A stretch of DNA of 32,000 nucleotides from Propionibacteriaceae bacterium (GTDB taxonomy: Bacteria > Actinomycetota > Actinomycetes > Propionibacteriales > Propionibacteriaceae): NCBI GenBank assembly GCA_031256725.1, contig JAIRQE010000005.1, positions 30,001-62,000 of the forward strand, in the 5' to 3' direction. The notes under the pieces were generated by a model. That model was not told where the DNA came from, ran no database searches, and saw only the letters and a program-made list of their open reading frames with translations. Positions 18,879 to 28,084 of the stretch are shown in pieces. Each line of letters starts with the position of its first letter. The stretch's first letter is position 1. Position numbers and translations under genes: made by a program.

Positions 18879-19706
18879 ATGGAGTTTTCAGAAGTACGGC
18901 CTGGGATATTCATGGCAGTTCTTGAGGAAGAGGCCACCGTTTCCCTGATCGTGGGTGAGACTGGTTGCCTGCTCGTGGATACGGGCTCCACCAGTGGAGT
19001 CGGGAATCAGATCCGTGAGGCCATCTCACGGATCACAGATCAACCTTTGACGACTGTTGTACTCACCCATGGGCACTGGGATCATTCCTTTGGGTTGTCA
19101 GCTTTCAGCGACTACGAAACCCTGGGACATGAGGATCTGGTACAACACACCACCGATGATATCCCCGTAATCGTCGGAGACCTTTATTGTAGAGAGAATC
19201 TAAACTGGGCCACGGATCAGGGGATCAACCCAAAAAAGGTCACCTTACCCACGACGTTGATCTCACTCATCACGGTTCGTGACCTTGGCAATCTCAGCGT
19301 CGAAATCGCTCACTTCGGTCAGGCCCACTCACGTACTGATCTGATCATCGCCATACCAACTCACCGCGTGGTCATCGTGGGAGACCTTGTTGAATCCGGA
19401 CCTCCCCAATTCGATGAGACCTCATCTATTCACGGATGGGTGACCACCCTTGATTCCCTTTATGGTCTTCTCAAACCAGACACCTGTGTCATCCCTGGAC
19501 ATGGTGAACCACTCGGCCCTGAACATGTGGCCCACTTCAGGGCAGGATTGGCAGCCATCTGGGATCAAGCCGAGTGGGCCTTCAAGCAATCAATCCCCCT
19601 CGCGGAGGTCTACACTCACAAGGATCTCAACTGGCCCTGGGATCGTACCACCGCCGAAAAGGGAATATCCCTCGCCTACGCTGAACTTGCTGCCCGCACC
19701 ATGTGA
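18879..19706 (+). CDS. MBL-fold metallo-hydrolase
   Basis: 275 aa with the HxHxDH motif VLTHGHWDHSFG, and later H and D ligands (HFGQAHSRTD, GDLV, PGHG). AGAGAGGA SD 5 nt upstream. Confidence 0.82.
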   Translation: MEFSEVRPGIFMAVLEEEATVSLIVGETGCLLVDTGSTSGVGNQIREAISRITDQPLTTVVLTHGHWDHSFGLSAFSDYETLGHEDLVQHTTDDIPVIVGDLYCRENLNWATDQGINPKKVTLPTTLISLITVRDLGNLSVEIAHFGQAHSRTDLIIAIPTHRVVIVGDLVESGPPQFDETSSIHGWVTTLDSLYGLLKPDTCVIPGHGEPLGPEHVAHFRAGLAAIWDQAEWAFKQSIPLAEVYTHKDLNWPWDRTTAEKGISLAYAELAARTM

Positions 19707-19708
19707 GT

Positions 19709-22120
19709 TCACTCTCGGGTACGCACAGGAAAACTCAGACTCCGTGACCGCCTCACATGATGGGCGATTTCCACGACCGCCGCACCGCATCCACCAATGA
19801 TGAAGGCTAGGGGTACCTCAAACCCAGGAATATCCAACTGGAAGAAGGTACGCGTCAACGGAAGGACCATCGCGCCAACTGCAAGACTCGCCATGGCGGA
19901 AATCGTCAGAAGTTTCCACCACACATAGGGCCGAGCAAGAACCCCAAGCAACCAGAAGTTCACAATGAACAACACCATGAGCGCCAAGGTGCTCCGCTCG
20001 GCCTCGGAACCCACAGCAATGGCGAAGGCAATGAAGGTCGCGGTACCAGCCGCTATTCCTGAAGGTACAGACAGCAATAAAACCCTGAAAAGGAAGCCCG
20101 GCACATACTTTCTCTTGTTCGGACCCAAGGCCAAGATGGCTGCCGGGATACCGATCGTGAGAACGGACAGCAACGTCATGTGGCGCGGCAAAAATGGGAA
20201 GGAGACCCCGAGTATTGCCGTGGCAATAATCAGACAGGCGGCCATAACATTCTTCGTGACAAACAGCGATGCCACCCGTTCGACATTGCCAATGAGTCGT
20301 CGCCCTTCGGCGAGTACCTTCGGCATATGCGAGAACCGTGAATCCAGCAGTACGATTTGGGCGACTGCTTTAGTGGCCCCAGCACCATTGCCCATGGCGA
20401 TCCCAATGTCGGCATCCTTGAGGGCGAGTACGTCATTCACCCCATCCCCAGTCATCGCCACAGTATGCCCGCACAGCTTGAGGGCATTGATGATGAGCCT
20501 CTTCTTCTCAGGGGTGACCCTCCCAAAGACAGTGATTCCCTCCACGATCTCAGCAAGCTCCTCCGCCGTGTCAGGAAGGGTACGGGCATCCACCACCGTT
20601 GACCACTGCTTGTCATCTGGCCCCAGATCCAAACCGACCCGACGCGCAACCGCGGCTACAGTGACTGGGTTGTCTCCCGAGATGATCTTGACAGCGACAT
20701 CCTGGTCGGCGAAAAAGGCTAGGGTTTCGGCGGCGTCCGGGCGTACCGCTTCTGTGAGAAGAATGAGAGCGACCGGGGTGGGTTCACCCCAGGAATCCAG
20801 GGATGAGACCTTTGCGAGTACTACGACGCGTACCCCCTGATTGGCTAGGGGGGCGACCAGGACTTGGAGATCTTTATTGTGGTCGGCGACGATTTCGGGG
20901 GCGCCGAGAACCCAGGATTGCCCATTGGCTAGGGTGAGAGCAGAGTACTTCCGCGCTGAGGAGAAGGGAACCCGTGCAGTCACCTCAAGGGTGGAGACAG
21001 GTACATTCTTTGCGATGGCAAGGGTCGTTGCATTAGGTACGGGATCGTGGGCGAACCCACCGAGGGCATTAATCGCCTCAGACCTCACCTGATTGGGAAG
21101 GATCTCGATCCGCTCGAAAACAATCTCGCCTTGGGTGAGGGTGCCGGTCTTGTCCAGACAGATGACATCAACCCGGGCCAGCCCTTCAACAGCTGGGAGC
21201 TCTTGAACGAGAGCCTGGTGACGTGTGAGTTGGAGGGCTGCAAGCAGGAATGCGAGGGTTGTGAGCAGGACCAAACCCTCTGGGACTAGGGCCACTAATC
21301 CGCCCGTACCCCTCAAGACGATGGTGCGCCATTCACTGGTGACCTCGGCCCAGGTTCCATAGTCGAGTGCGCGGTACTGGGCGAGGATCGAGATGGGGAA
21401 CATCGCGACCAGGACCCAGGTGATCCACCTCAGGAGCCTATTCGTTGAGGCCTGTACCTCCGAGTGGGCGCGCGTGAAAACCTTGGCCTGAAGGGCGAGC
21501 TTCTGGGCGGTGGCCTCCTCCCCCACCACAGCGGCCCTAAACAGTGCTGACCCCGCAACCACAGCAGTACCGGAGTAAACCTCGTCTTGGGTGGTCTTAT
21601 TTACGGTATCGGATTCTCCAGTGAGGTTGGATTCATCCACCTCCAAGTTGTCTGTTGACACGAGCGGACCATCGGCTGGGATCTGATCTCCTGGGGTCAA
21701 GAAAATGAGGTCATCTTGAACAACCTTGCTGACATCAATTGTTGTCTGTTGTCCGTCGCGAACCACTGTCGCCACCGGCGCATGGAGGACAGCCAGAGAA
21801 TCCAGCTTACGTTTGGCGTACCATTCCTGCCCGATCCCCAAAACAGAGTTGAGTACGAGCGCAATCCCGAACAATCCGTCAATGAAGGACCCCGTCAGCA
21901 TCACAAGGATAAACAGAACTCCAAGAAGAGCATTAAACCTGGTGAAGACATTGTCTTTGATGATTCGGGACAATGATCGGGAGGTCACCTTGGTGACTGC
22001 ATTGGTACGACCCTCGTTTTGACGCAGAGCAACCTCAGCACTCGTTAAACCCGTCCGCACATAGTCAACCGATAAGTCCACAGATCTATCGTAAATGAGA
22101 TCAGAGGATTGTCGCGCCAT
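19709..22120 (-). CDS. Cation-transporting P-type ATPase (P2-like, CtpE-like size and architecture)
   Basis: 803 aa with TGES, PEGL in TM4, the phosphorylation site DKTGTLT, and the hinge TGDGVNDVLALKDADIGIAMG. The transported ion cannot be assigned from sequence. Confidence 0.9.
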   Translation of the reverse strand: MARQSSDLIYDRSVDLSVDYVRTGLTSAEVALRQNEGRTNAVTKVTSRSLSRIIKDNVFTRFNALLGVLFILVMLTGSFIDGLFGIALVLNSVLGIGQEWYAKRKLDSLAVLHAPVATVVRDGQQTTIDVSKVVQDDLIFLTPGDQIPADGPLVSTDNLEVDESNLTGESDTVNKTTQDEVYSGTAVVAGSALFRAAVVGEEATAQKLALQAKVFTRAHSEVQASTNRLLRWITWVLVAMFPISILAQYRALDYGTWAEVTSEWRTIVLRGTGGLVALVPEGLVLLTTLAFLLAALQLTRHQALVQELPAVEGLARVDVICLDKTGTLTQGEIVFERIEILPNQVRSEAINALGGFAHDPVPNATTLAIAKNVPVSTLEVTARVPFSSARKYSALTLANGQSWVLGAPEIVADHNKDLQVLVAPLANQGVRVVVLAKVSSLDSWGEPTPVALILLTEAVRPDAAETLAFFADQDVAVKIISGDNPVTVAAVARRVGLDLGPDDKQWSTVVDARTLPDTAEELAEIVEGITVFGRVTPEKKRLIINALKLCGHTVAMTGDGVNDVLALKDADIGIAMGNGAGATKAVAQIVLLDSRFSHMPKVLAEGRRLIGNVERVASLFVTKNVMAACLIIATAILGVSFPFLPRHMTLLSVLTIGIPAAILALGPNKRKYVPGFLFRVLLLSVPSGIAAGTATFIAFAIAVGSEAERSTLALMVLFIVNFWLLGVLARPYVWWKLLTISAMASLAVGAMVLPLTRTFFQLDIPGFEVPLAFIIGGCGAAVVEIAHHVRRSRSLSFPVRTRE

Positions 22121-22208
22121 TTCTTCCCCGAATGATCCCCCAATCGTGAGTCGATACTTGGTCTATCGTCCCCTATCGTCCAACCTGGGTGCCGATCATC
22201 CCAGAGTG

Positions 22209-23240
22209 TCAGGAACGCAGAGTGGCTTTCCAGGGACGCTGTTTGGTCGTGAGATTCACGGCTTCAATGGATACGCCTAGGGCTGTGAGGAAGATGGCCA
22301 TTCGCACGTTCAGGCCATTGTCGGTTTGATGGAAGATCGCTAGACCTGGAAGATCATCAACATCGGATGAGAGGTCATAAGAGTCTGGGCGGGAGTCGCG
22401 TGGCAGAGGATGCATGATGATGGCTTCAAGGTTATTAGCCTCAGCGAGGATCGACCAGTTGAGGAGATCCCCTTGGGTGTTTGCTTGGGCCAATTCCTCG
22501 GTCATGCGTTCCCTTTGTACTCGGGTGGCATAAACGGCATCGGCGCCAGTCACAGCCTCGACCACAGTGCCTGTCACATGTACCCTATGACCGTGACGTA
22601 CTGCGTACTGTTCAATCTCGGTAGGCAATTCGAGGCTGACAGGGGAAAATACTGTAAAGGTGAGGTCCTTATAAAGGCTCATCAGTTTCATGAGAGAGTG
22701 GACTGTACGTCCAAACTTCAGGTCCCCGATGATGGCCATGTGGCATCCATCAATAGTTTTTCCGCGATCCGTGAGTTCCTTGTCGAGGGTGTATACATCA
22801 AGGAGCGCCTGGGAGGGATGCTCGCCAGCCCCATCACCAGCGTTGATCACAGGTACCGTAGATGCCTCAGCGAACTCCGCGACCGATCCCTTATCGGGAT
22901 GACGTACAACAAGCACATCCGAATACCCGGAGACCACTCGAGAGGTGTCAGCAATCGACTCCCCCTTGGCCATCGATGAAAAGGTGAATCCGGTCGTGGT
23001 TGTTACCTCGCCACCAAGTCGAAGGAATGCCGACTCGAAACTCAACCGGGTTCTCGTACTTGGTTCAAAAAAGAGGGAACCCAACATTGCCCCGTCTAGG
23101 ACCGTACATACAGCCTGTCGTTTGGCGATGGGGTCCACAGCATCTGCAAGGTCAAAGAAGGCACGAAGATTCTCACGCGTAAACTGAGAAACGGACAATA
23201 GATGACGACCCTGCTCAAAGAGGGGATGATCCTCGCTCAT
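22209..23240 (-). CDS. pyrB: Aspartate carbamoyltransferase catalytic chain, E. coli/archaeal-like subtype, stand-alone
   Basis: 343 aa with STRTR, HPSQALLD, GDLKFGRTVHSL, ATRVQRER and HPLPR (the ATCase form, not the OTCase HCLP). It has a short insertion after HPLPR and a ~25-aa C-terminal tail. No pyr gene is adjacent. Confidence 0.8.
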   Translation of the reverse strand: MSEDHPLFEQGRHLLSVSQFTRENLRAFFDLADAVDPIAKRQAVCTVLDGAMLGSLFFEPSTRTRLSFESAFLRLGGEVTTTTGFTFSSMAKGESIADTSRVVSGYSDVLVVRHPDKGSVAEFAEASTVPVINAGDGAGEHPSQALLDVYTLDKELTDRGKTIDGCHMAIIGDLKFGRTVHSLMKLMSLYKDLTFTVFSPVSLELPTEIEQYAVRHGHRVHVTGTVVEAVTGADAVYATRVQRERMTEELAQANTQGDLLNWSILAEANNLEAIIMHPLPRDSRPDSYDLSSDVDDLPGLAIFHQTDNGLNVRMAIFLTALGVSIEAVNLTTKQRPWKATLRS

Positions 23241-23310
23241 GTGTACTCCTTGTTTCCCATGACCTTACCTCATTGCGAGGATGATGACCGTGGCAGTTCA
23301 CTACTCATGA

Positions 23311-24024
23311 TTAGCGACCTAGTGCGGTATCCACACTGGTCTCATAAGGGCCCAGGATGGGTTCACGTTTACTCACAACCTCGAAGAGCATATTGGCGAT
23401 CGCTGGGATCTCTCGTAGACGATAGCGACTCCATGAAACCGGGTTCTGCTCACGTACCGTATCATCACCAACACCGACCACGTCAAGGCCCACAAGTCGA
23501 CATGTGGCTATGGCACGAGGCATGTGATAGGTCTGGGTCACGAGGATCGCCTTATCAACCCCAAAGATCTTGGTCGCGCGTACACAGGAAGAATAGGTGT
23601 CCTCACCGGCATGGTCGGTGACGATCCTGTCGGCTGGTACTCCATATTCGATCAGCCAAGTTCTCATAACCTCAGGCTCATTATGATATCTAGTCAGGTT
23701 ATCGCCTGTCAGGAGGAGTACCTGGGCCTTCCCAGTTGCATAAAGATCCCTAGCCATCACCAGTCGCCCCCTCAGATAGGGAGAAGGCTGATCACCAAAG
23801 AGACCCGCCCCAAAGACTATGGCCACATCATGGGGCTCGACATCATCCAGGGTCGTGAAACGTCCCGCACTGGCACCCCAAACTACAAGATAGGGCGAGA
23901 GGCATCCCAGAACCACCAGAAGAATAAAGGAAAGAGCCACACGCCTACCCCATTTCTTGGGGGTTTTCTTAGACGTCTTCACAGAAGTACGCGCGGACTT
24001 CGGTTTCCTCTTCTTCCTAGACAC
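23311..24024 (-). CDS. sanA: SanA/YdcF (DUF218) family membrane-anchored protein
   Basis: Basic N-terminus plus a TM helix (VALSFILLVVLGCL), then LLLTGDN..YHNEPEVMRTWL..GVP..IVTDHAGEDTYSSCVRA..ILVTQTYHMPRA, which parallels E. coli SanA. Confidence 0.8.
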   Translation of the reverse strand: MSRKKRKPKSARTSVKTSKKTPKKWGRRVALSFILLVVLGCLSPYLVVWGASAGRFTTLDDVEPHDVAIVFGAGLFGDQPSPYLRGRLVMARDLYATGKAQVLLLTGDNLTRYHNEPEVMRTWLIEYGVPADRIVTDHAGEDTYSSCVRATKIFGVDKAILVTQTYHMPRAIATCRLVGLDVVGVGDDTVREQNPVSWSRYRLREIPAIANMLFEVVSKREPILGPYETSVDTALGR

Positions 24025-24222
24025 CCTTCCAGGGTACCACCCACCTCATAACCTCGGCGGAACTCCGCTACCCCACCACAATATCGGCGGTTGCCTCGAC
24101 AGTGGCGGAGTTTCGACGCAATCCACCACATTAAACCTGCCAAAACTCCGCTACCGTGATCTCAGAAGGGATACGAAGGTCAGCCGAGCGGCGTTATGCA
24201 CGAACCAGCGATTCTCAGTAGG

Positions 24223-25404
24223 TCAGTCGAGGATCTCTCTTACTATTCCGTCTGCGATCAACCTTCCTTGGAGGGTACACGCTAAGCTCGATCCGCGACG
24301 TACGAGATGACCGGATTCGAGGTAGGGGTCCACTCGTTTCAACTCGGATTCGGTCAGAAGATCGGCTTCAACACCTTCGACCAGTCGTAACCCCAACATC
24401 ACCTTCTCCATCCGGATTTGAGTCTCAGTGAGTTCCTCCCGATTCTCAGTGGAATCGCTGGGAGTTGCGGGGATTAGGTCACTACGATCGCTGGCCTTGG
24501 CAGGGGTTGTACGCGAGTTGATCTCGGACACATAGGTCAGTGGGTGGCGTGGATTCCACCAGCGGTACCTCCCATCATAGGAGTGCGCACCAGCCCCAAT
24601 CCCCAACCAGGAATCGCAATGCCAGTAAGCCAGATTGTGACGGCATTCATATCCTGGTCGCGCCCAGTTGCTGACCTCGTACCATTCAAATCCCGCAGCG
24701 GAAAGCCTCTCGTCAGCGCATATGTACTTGTCGGCCACGTCATCCTCATCAACATCGTCCACCTCATGGGCAGCAATACGCCGAGCCAAGGGCGTGTTCT
24801 CCTCAACAATCAGGGAATAAGCCGAGATATGCTCCACCTGAAGATCAATGGCCTCATCAAGGCAGACCAGCCAGTCCTCCATGGTTTCCCCCGGCGTACC
24901 GTAAATCAAATCCAAGGACAGGTTCTCGAAACCGGCCTGCCTAGCCCAGCCAACTGCTTTGCGTACACGCCCTAGAGTGTGGGGCCGATCTAGGGTACGA
25001 AGTACACGCTCTGAAGCAGACTGCATGCCCATGGAGAGTCGATTCACACCCGTTGCTCTGATCTGTTCACAGTGAGCCGGGGTGAGAGTTTCGGGGTTGG
25101 CCTCGGTTGTGATCTCAGCATCGTCGGCCAGGTCATAAAGGTCAGCGATGGTGTCGAGGATGAGGGCGTAGTCGGCGGAGTCCATAAGTGTGGGGGTACC
25201 TCCGCCGAAATAGACTGTCGTGACCTGGTTGGTTGCTCGGTTAGCTGAGGCTCGAAGCTCTGCGACGAGAGCCTGAAGATAGGGGTCCTGGGTTTGTCTG
25301 CGTTCCGATTCTGGAAGTACGTAGGTGTTGAAGTCACAGTACCCACACCGTGATCGACACCACGGAATGTGGATATAGATCGATATGGGAGCCTCAGTGG
25401 GCAC
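24223..25404 (-). CDS. hemW: Radical SAM heme chaperone HemW (HemN-like coproporphyrinogen III oxidase family)
   Basis: CRSRCGYCDFNT radical-SAM cluster motif, then YFGGGTP and a HemN_C-like tail. GTG start 2 nt after the lepA stop, the conserved lepA-hemW pairing. Confidence 0.9.
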   Translation of the reverse strand: MPTEAPISIYIHIPWCRSRCGYCDFNTYVLPESERRQTQDPYLQALVAELRASANRATNQVTTVYFGGGTPTLMDSADYALILDTIADLYDLADDAEITTEANPETLTPAHCEQIRATGVNRLSMGMQSASERVLRTLDRPHTLGRVRKAVGWARQAGFENLSLDLIYGTPGETMEDWLVCLDEAIDLQVEHISAYSLIVEENTPLARRIAAHEVDDVDEDDVADKYICADERLSAAGFEWYEVSNWARPGYECRHNLAYWHCDSWLGIGAGAHSYDGRYRWWNPRHPLTYVSEINSRTTPAKASDRSDLIPATPSDSTENREELTETQIRMEKVMLGLRLVEGVEADLLTESELKRVDPYLESGHLVRRGSSLACTLQGRLIADGIVREILD

Positions 25405-25406
25405 GG

Positions 25407-27233
25407 TTATTTCTTCTCGGACTCGCCAGTTGACAGCGCTGCAACGAAGGCCTCTTGAGGCACCTCGACACGCCCCACCATCTTCATCCTCTTCTTGCCT
25501 TCCTTTTGCTTTTCGAGGAGCTTGCGCTTACGAGTGATGTCGCCGCCATAACATTTAGCGAGAACATCTTTACGTATGGCACGGATGGTTTCGCGGGCGA
25601 TCACCCTGGAACCGATGGCAGCCTGGATTGGCACCTCAAACTGTTGGCGTGGGATGAGTTTGCGCAGGCGGCTGGCCATCTCGACACCATAGTTGTAGGC
25701 CTTGTCCTTATGTACGATTGCGGAGAAGGCATCCACAGTCTCGGAGTTGAGAAGGATGTCGACCTTCACCAACTCTGATTCCTGTTCGCCTGCATCCTCG
25801 TAATCCAAGGACGCATAGCCCTTCGTCCGTGATTTGAGGTTGTCAAAGAAGTCGAAGACGATCTCAGCCAGGGGCAGAACATAGTGGAGTTCAACGCGAT
25901 CCTCGCAGAGATAGTCCATACCCGTTTGGGTTCCGCGCCTTTGCTGGCAGAGTTCCATCAGGGTTCCAATGAACTCAGCCGGAGCAAGGACAGATGCCTT
26001 CACAATGGGCTCGAAGATCTGGGCAATCTTACCGTTCGGGAACTCCGAAGGGTTCATGACAGTATGCTCAACACCATCCTCAGTAAGGACCCGATAGACA
26101 ACATTGGGAGCAGTCGAAATGATGTCCAGGTTGAACTCACGATCCAAGCGCTCCCTGATGATCTCCATGTGGAGCAGTCCAAGGAATCCCACCCGGAACC
26201 CGAATCCGAGTGCCGCAGAGGTCTCCGGTTCAAAGACAAGGGCAGCATCATTGAGTTGGAGTTTCTCCAGGGCTTCACGAAGCACGGGATAGTCGGAGCC
26301 TTCGATGGGATAGATCCCGGCGTACACCATGGGCTTCGGATGACGGTACCCCGCAAGCGCGTCCTTGGCGGGCTTGTTCGATGTTGTGACAGTGTCACCA
26401 ACACGAGACTGGCGTACGTCCTTCACGCCTGTGATGAGGTACCCCACCTCACCCACGCCAAGGGCATCCGCCTTCGTGGGTTCCGGCGAAATCACACCAA
26501 CTTCGAGGACCTCGTGGGTGGCTTTCGTACTCATCATAAGGATGCGTTCACGGTGGTTGAGTTCCCCATCGACCACACGTACATAGGTGACAACCCCACG
26601 ATAGGAGTCGTACACCGAATCAAAGATCAGCGCTCTTGCTGGAGCATTGGCTTCACCTTGAGGAGGGGGTATCTGGCGTACTATTTCGTCGAGAAGGTGT
26701 TCAACGCCGTCGCCCGTCTTGGCGGAAACCCTCAACACGTCTGAGGTCTTGCACCCGATGACATGGGCAAGCTCAGCAGCATATTTGTCGGGATAGGCAC
26801 CCGGAAGATCAATCTTATTGAGTACAGGAATAATCGTCAGATCAGCTTCAAGGGCGAGGTAGAGGTTCGCAAGAGTTTGGGCTTCGATCCCCTGGGCTGC
26901 ATCGACCAGGAGTACGGCCCCCTCACACGCAGCTAGCGACCGAGACACCTCATAGGTGAAGTCCACGTGACCTGGAGTGTCGATCATATTCAGGACATAG
27001 GGGGTTGAGTCCACCTCCCAAGGAAGGCGTACGGCCTGAGACTTGATCGTGATCCCCCGCTCACGTTCAATATCCATTCGGTCGAGGTACTGGGCCCGCA
27101 TCGTACGTTCATCCACAACCCCTGTGAGCTGCAACATCCGATCAGCAAGGGTCGATTTCCCGTGATCAATATGAGCAATGATCGAGAAATTACGAATGGC
27201 AGAAGGATCAGTCGAGCCGGGTGAGTACGTCAC
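25407..27233 (-). CDS. lepA: Translation elongation factor 4 (LepA)
   Basis: 608 aa with [33 protein letters not shown] and the LepA-specific C-terminal domain. GTG start with GAAGGA upstream. Confidence 0.97.
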   Translation of the reverse strand: MTYSPGSTDPSAIRNFSIIAHIDHGKSTLADRMLQLTGVVDERTMRAQYLDRMDIERERGITIKSQAVRLPWEVDSTPYVLNMIDTPGHVDFTYEVSRSLAACEGAVLLVDAAQGIEAQTLANLYLALEADLTIIPVLNKIDLPGAYPDKYAAELAHVIGCKTSDVLRVSAKTGDGVEHLLDEIVRQIPPPQGEANAPARALIFDSVYDSYRGVVTYVRVVDGELNHRERILMMSTKATHEVLEVGVISPEPTKADALGVGEVGYLITGVKDVRQSRVGDTVTTSNKPAKDALAGYRHPKPMVYAGIYPIEGSDYPVLREALEKLQLNDAALVFEPETSAALGFGFRVGFLGLLHMEIIRERLDREFNLDIISTAPNVVYRVLTEDGVEHTVMNPSEFPNGKIAQIFEPIVKASVLAPAEFIGTLMELCQQRRGTQTGMDYLCEDRVELHYVLPLAEIVFDFFDNLKSRTKGYASLDYEDAGEQESELVKVDILLNSETVDAFSAIVHKDKAYNYGVEMASRLRKLIPRQQFEVPIQAAIGSRVIARETIRAIRKDVLAKCYGGDITRKRKLLEKQKEGKKRMKMVGRVEVPQEAFVAALSTGESEKK

Positions 27234-27346
27234 AAGAATCCTTCTACTAGGTGAACCTCCCTATTCTCTCATACTCCCCCAAATCCTCGCCTCTCCCCGA
27301 CATCACTATGGGTTGCCGCCACCAAACTCGCTGATAAACTCGGCAC

Positions 27347-27664
27347 ATGTCAACAGACGATGTTCCAGGTGGCTGGGTGCTCATGGTCGACAACGCGGCA
27401 GAATACTTGTTCGCGGAACCATGCGGGAGCATCCGTGAGGCGCTCACTGCAACAGCTACCTCTGCTGGCGCTAATCTGGACGCACTGGAGCGCGAGTTCA
27501 GAGACTGTGTCAACGAATGGTTCGATGACCACGGGAACCGCGCACTGCTCATTGGGGAGCAGTTGTACTCCGATGACACTGTCCCGGCCGGCTACTACTG
27601 GGCTTTAGACCGCTATGAATCCATCTCAGTTGACGCGCTCGCCAGAACCATGGGCGCCCAATAA
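27347..27664 (+). CDS. Hypothetical acidic 105-aa protein
   Basis: The ORF has ordinary protein-like composition, whereas the overlapping minus ORF (27247..27579) is Ser/Cys/Trp-rich junk. No SD seen and no family recognised. Confidence 0.45.
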   Translation: MSTDDVPGGWVLMVDNAAEYLFAEPCGSIREALTATATSAGANLDALEREFRDCVNEWFDDHGNRALLIGEQLYSDDTVPAGYYWALDRYESISVDALARTMGAQ

Positions 27665-27700
27665 CGGACTGCGATTAGGCTCATATTTTTGACAATGGCC

Positions 27701-28069
27701 TCATTCCAGGAAATCACTGGAGCGAATGGGTGTATCCCAAGTGTTTGAAAAACGCTGCCCATCGATGACAACCGTGTCGAAGCGCTCCATCCACTGTGGG
27801 TTCCACTCAGGAACTGTGATTCTTTCACGAATCCTTGGTTCGATATCGAGACGTACGATTGTTCCCCGGGTGGGAGTCGCGACGAGATACCACAACTCCT
27901 CACTCCATGGACTCATGATGGGGAGCCAATCAGAGAGAAAGGCAACGAGTGAGATGAGTATTTTCCATGGTTGGAACTTAGGTTCGGTCGTGAGCCGATA
28001 GATGACATAGTCGGGCTCATCAATCACATGGTTTTCTTCGAGAATCTGGATCGGATACATCGCTTTCAT
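27701..28069 (-). CDS. Hypothetical protein (~122 aa) immediately downstream of the M20 peptidase gene
   Basis: The ORF maximum starts at a TTG at 28081, and the first ATG is at 28069. It starts within ~4-16 nt of the M20 stop on the same strand, so it is probably co-transcribed. No family recognised. Confidence 0.5.
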   Translation of the reverse strand: MKAMYPIQILEENHVIDEPDYVIYRLTTEPKFQPWKILISLVAFLSDWLPIMSPWSEELWYLVATPTRGTIVRLDIEPRIRERITVPEWNPQWMERFDTVVIDGQRFSNTWDTPIRSSDFLE

Positions 28070-28084
28070 ACCCGTACCCAACTC

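Noticed and set aside
19965-20840. 291-aa plus-strand ORF
   Set aside because: It is antisense within the P-type ATPase gene (DKTGTLT and TGDGVND are on the minus strand). Its Ala/Ser/Thr/Arg-rich composition is low-information.
23957-24310. 117-aa plus-strand ORF spanning the sanA-hemW spacer
   Set aside because: It runs antisense into both flanking genes. Its apparent internal repeats are just the translated AACTCCGC DNA motif.
25884-26744. 286-aa plus-strand ORF
   Set aside because: It is antisense within lepA, whose GTPase motifs are unambiguous on the minus strand.
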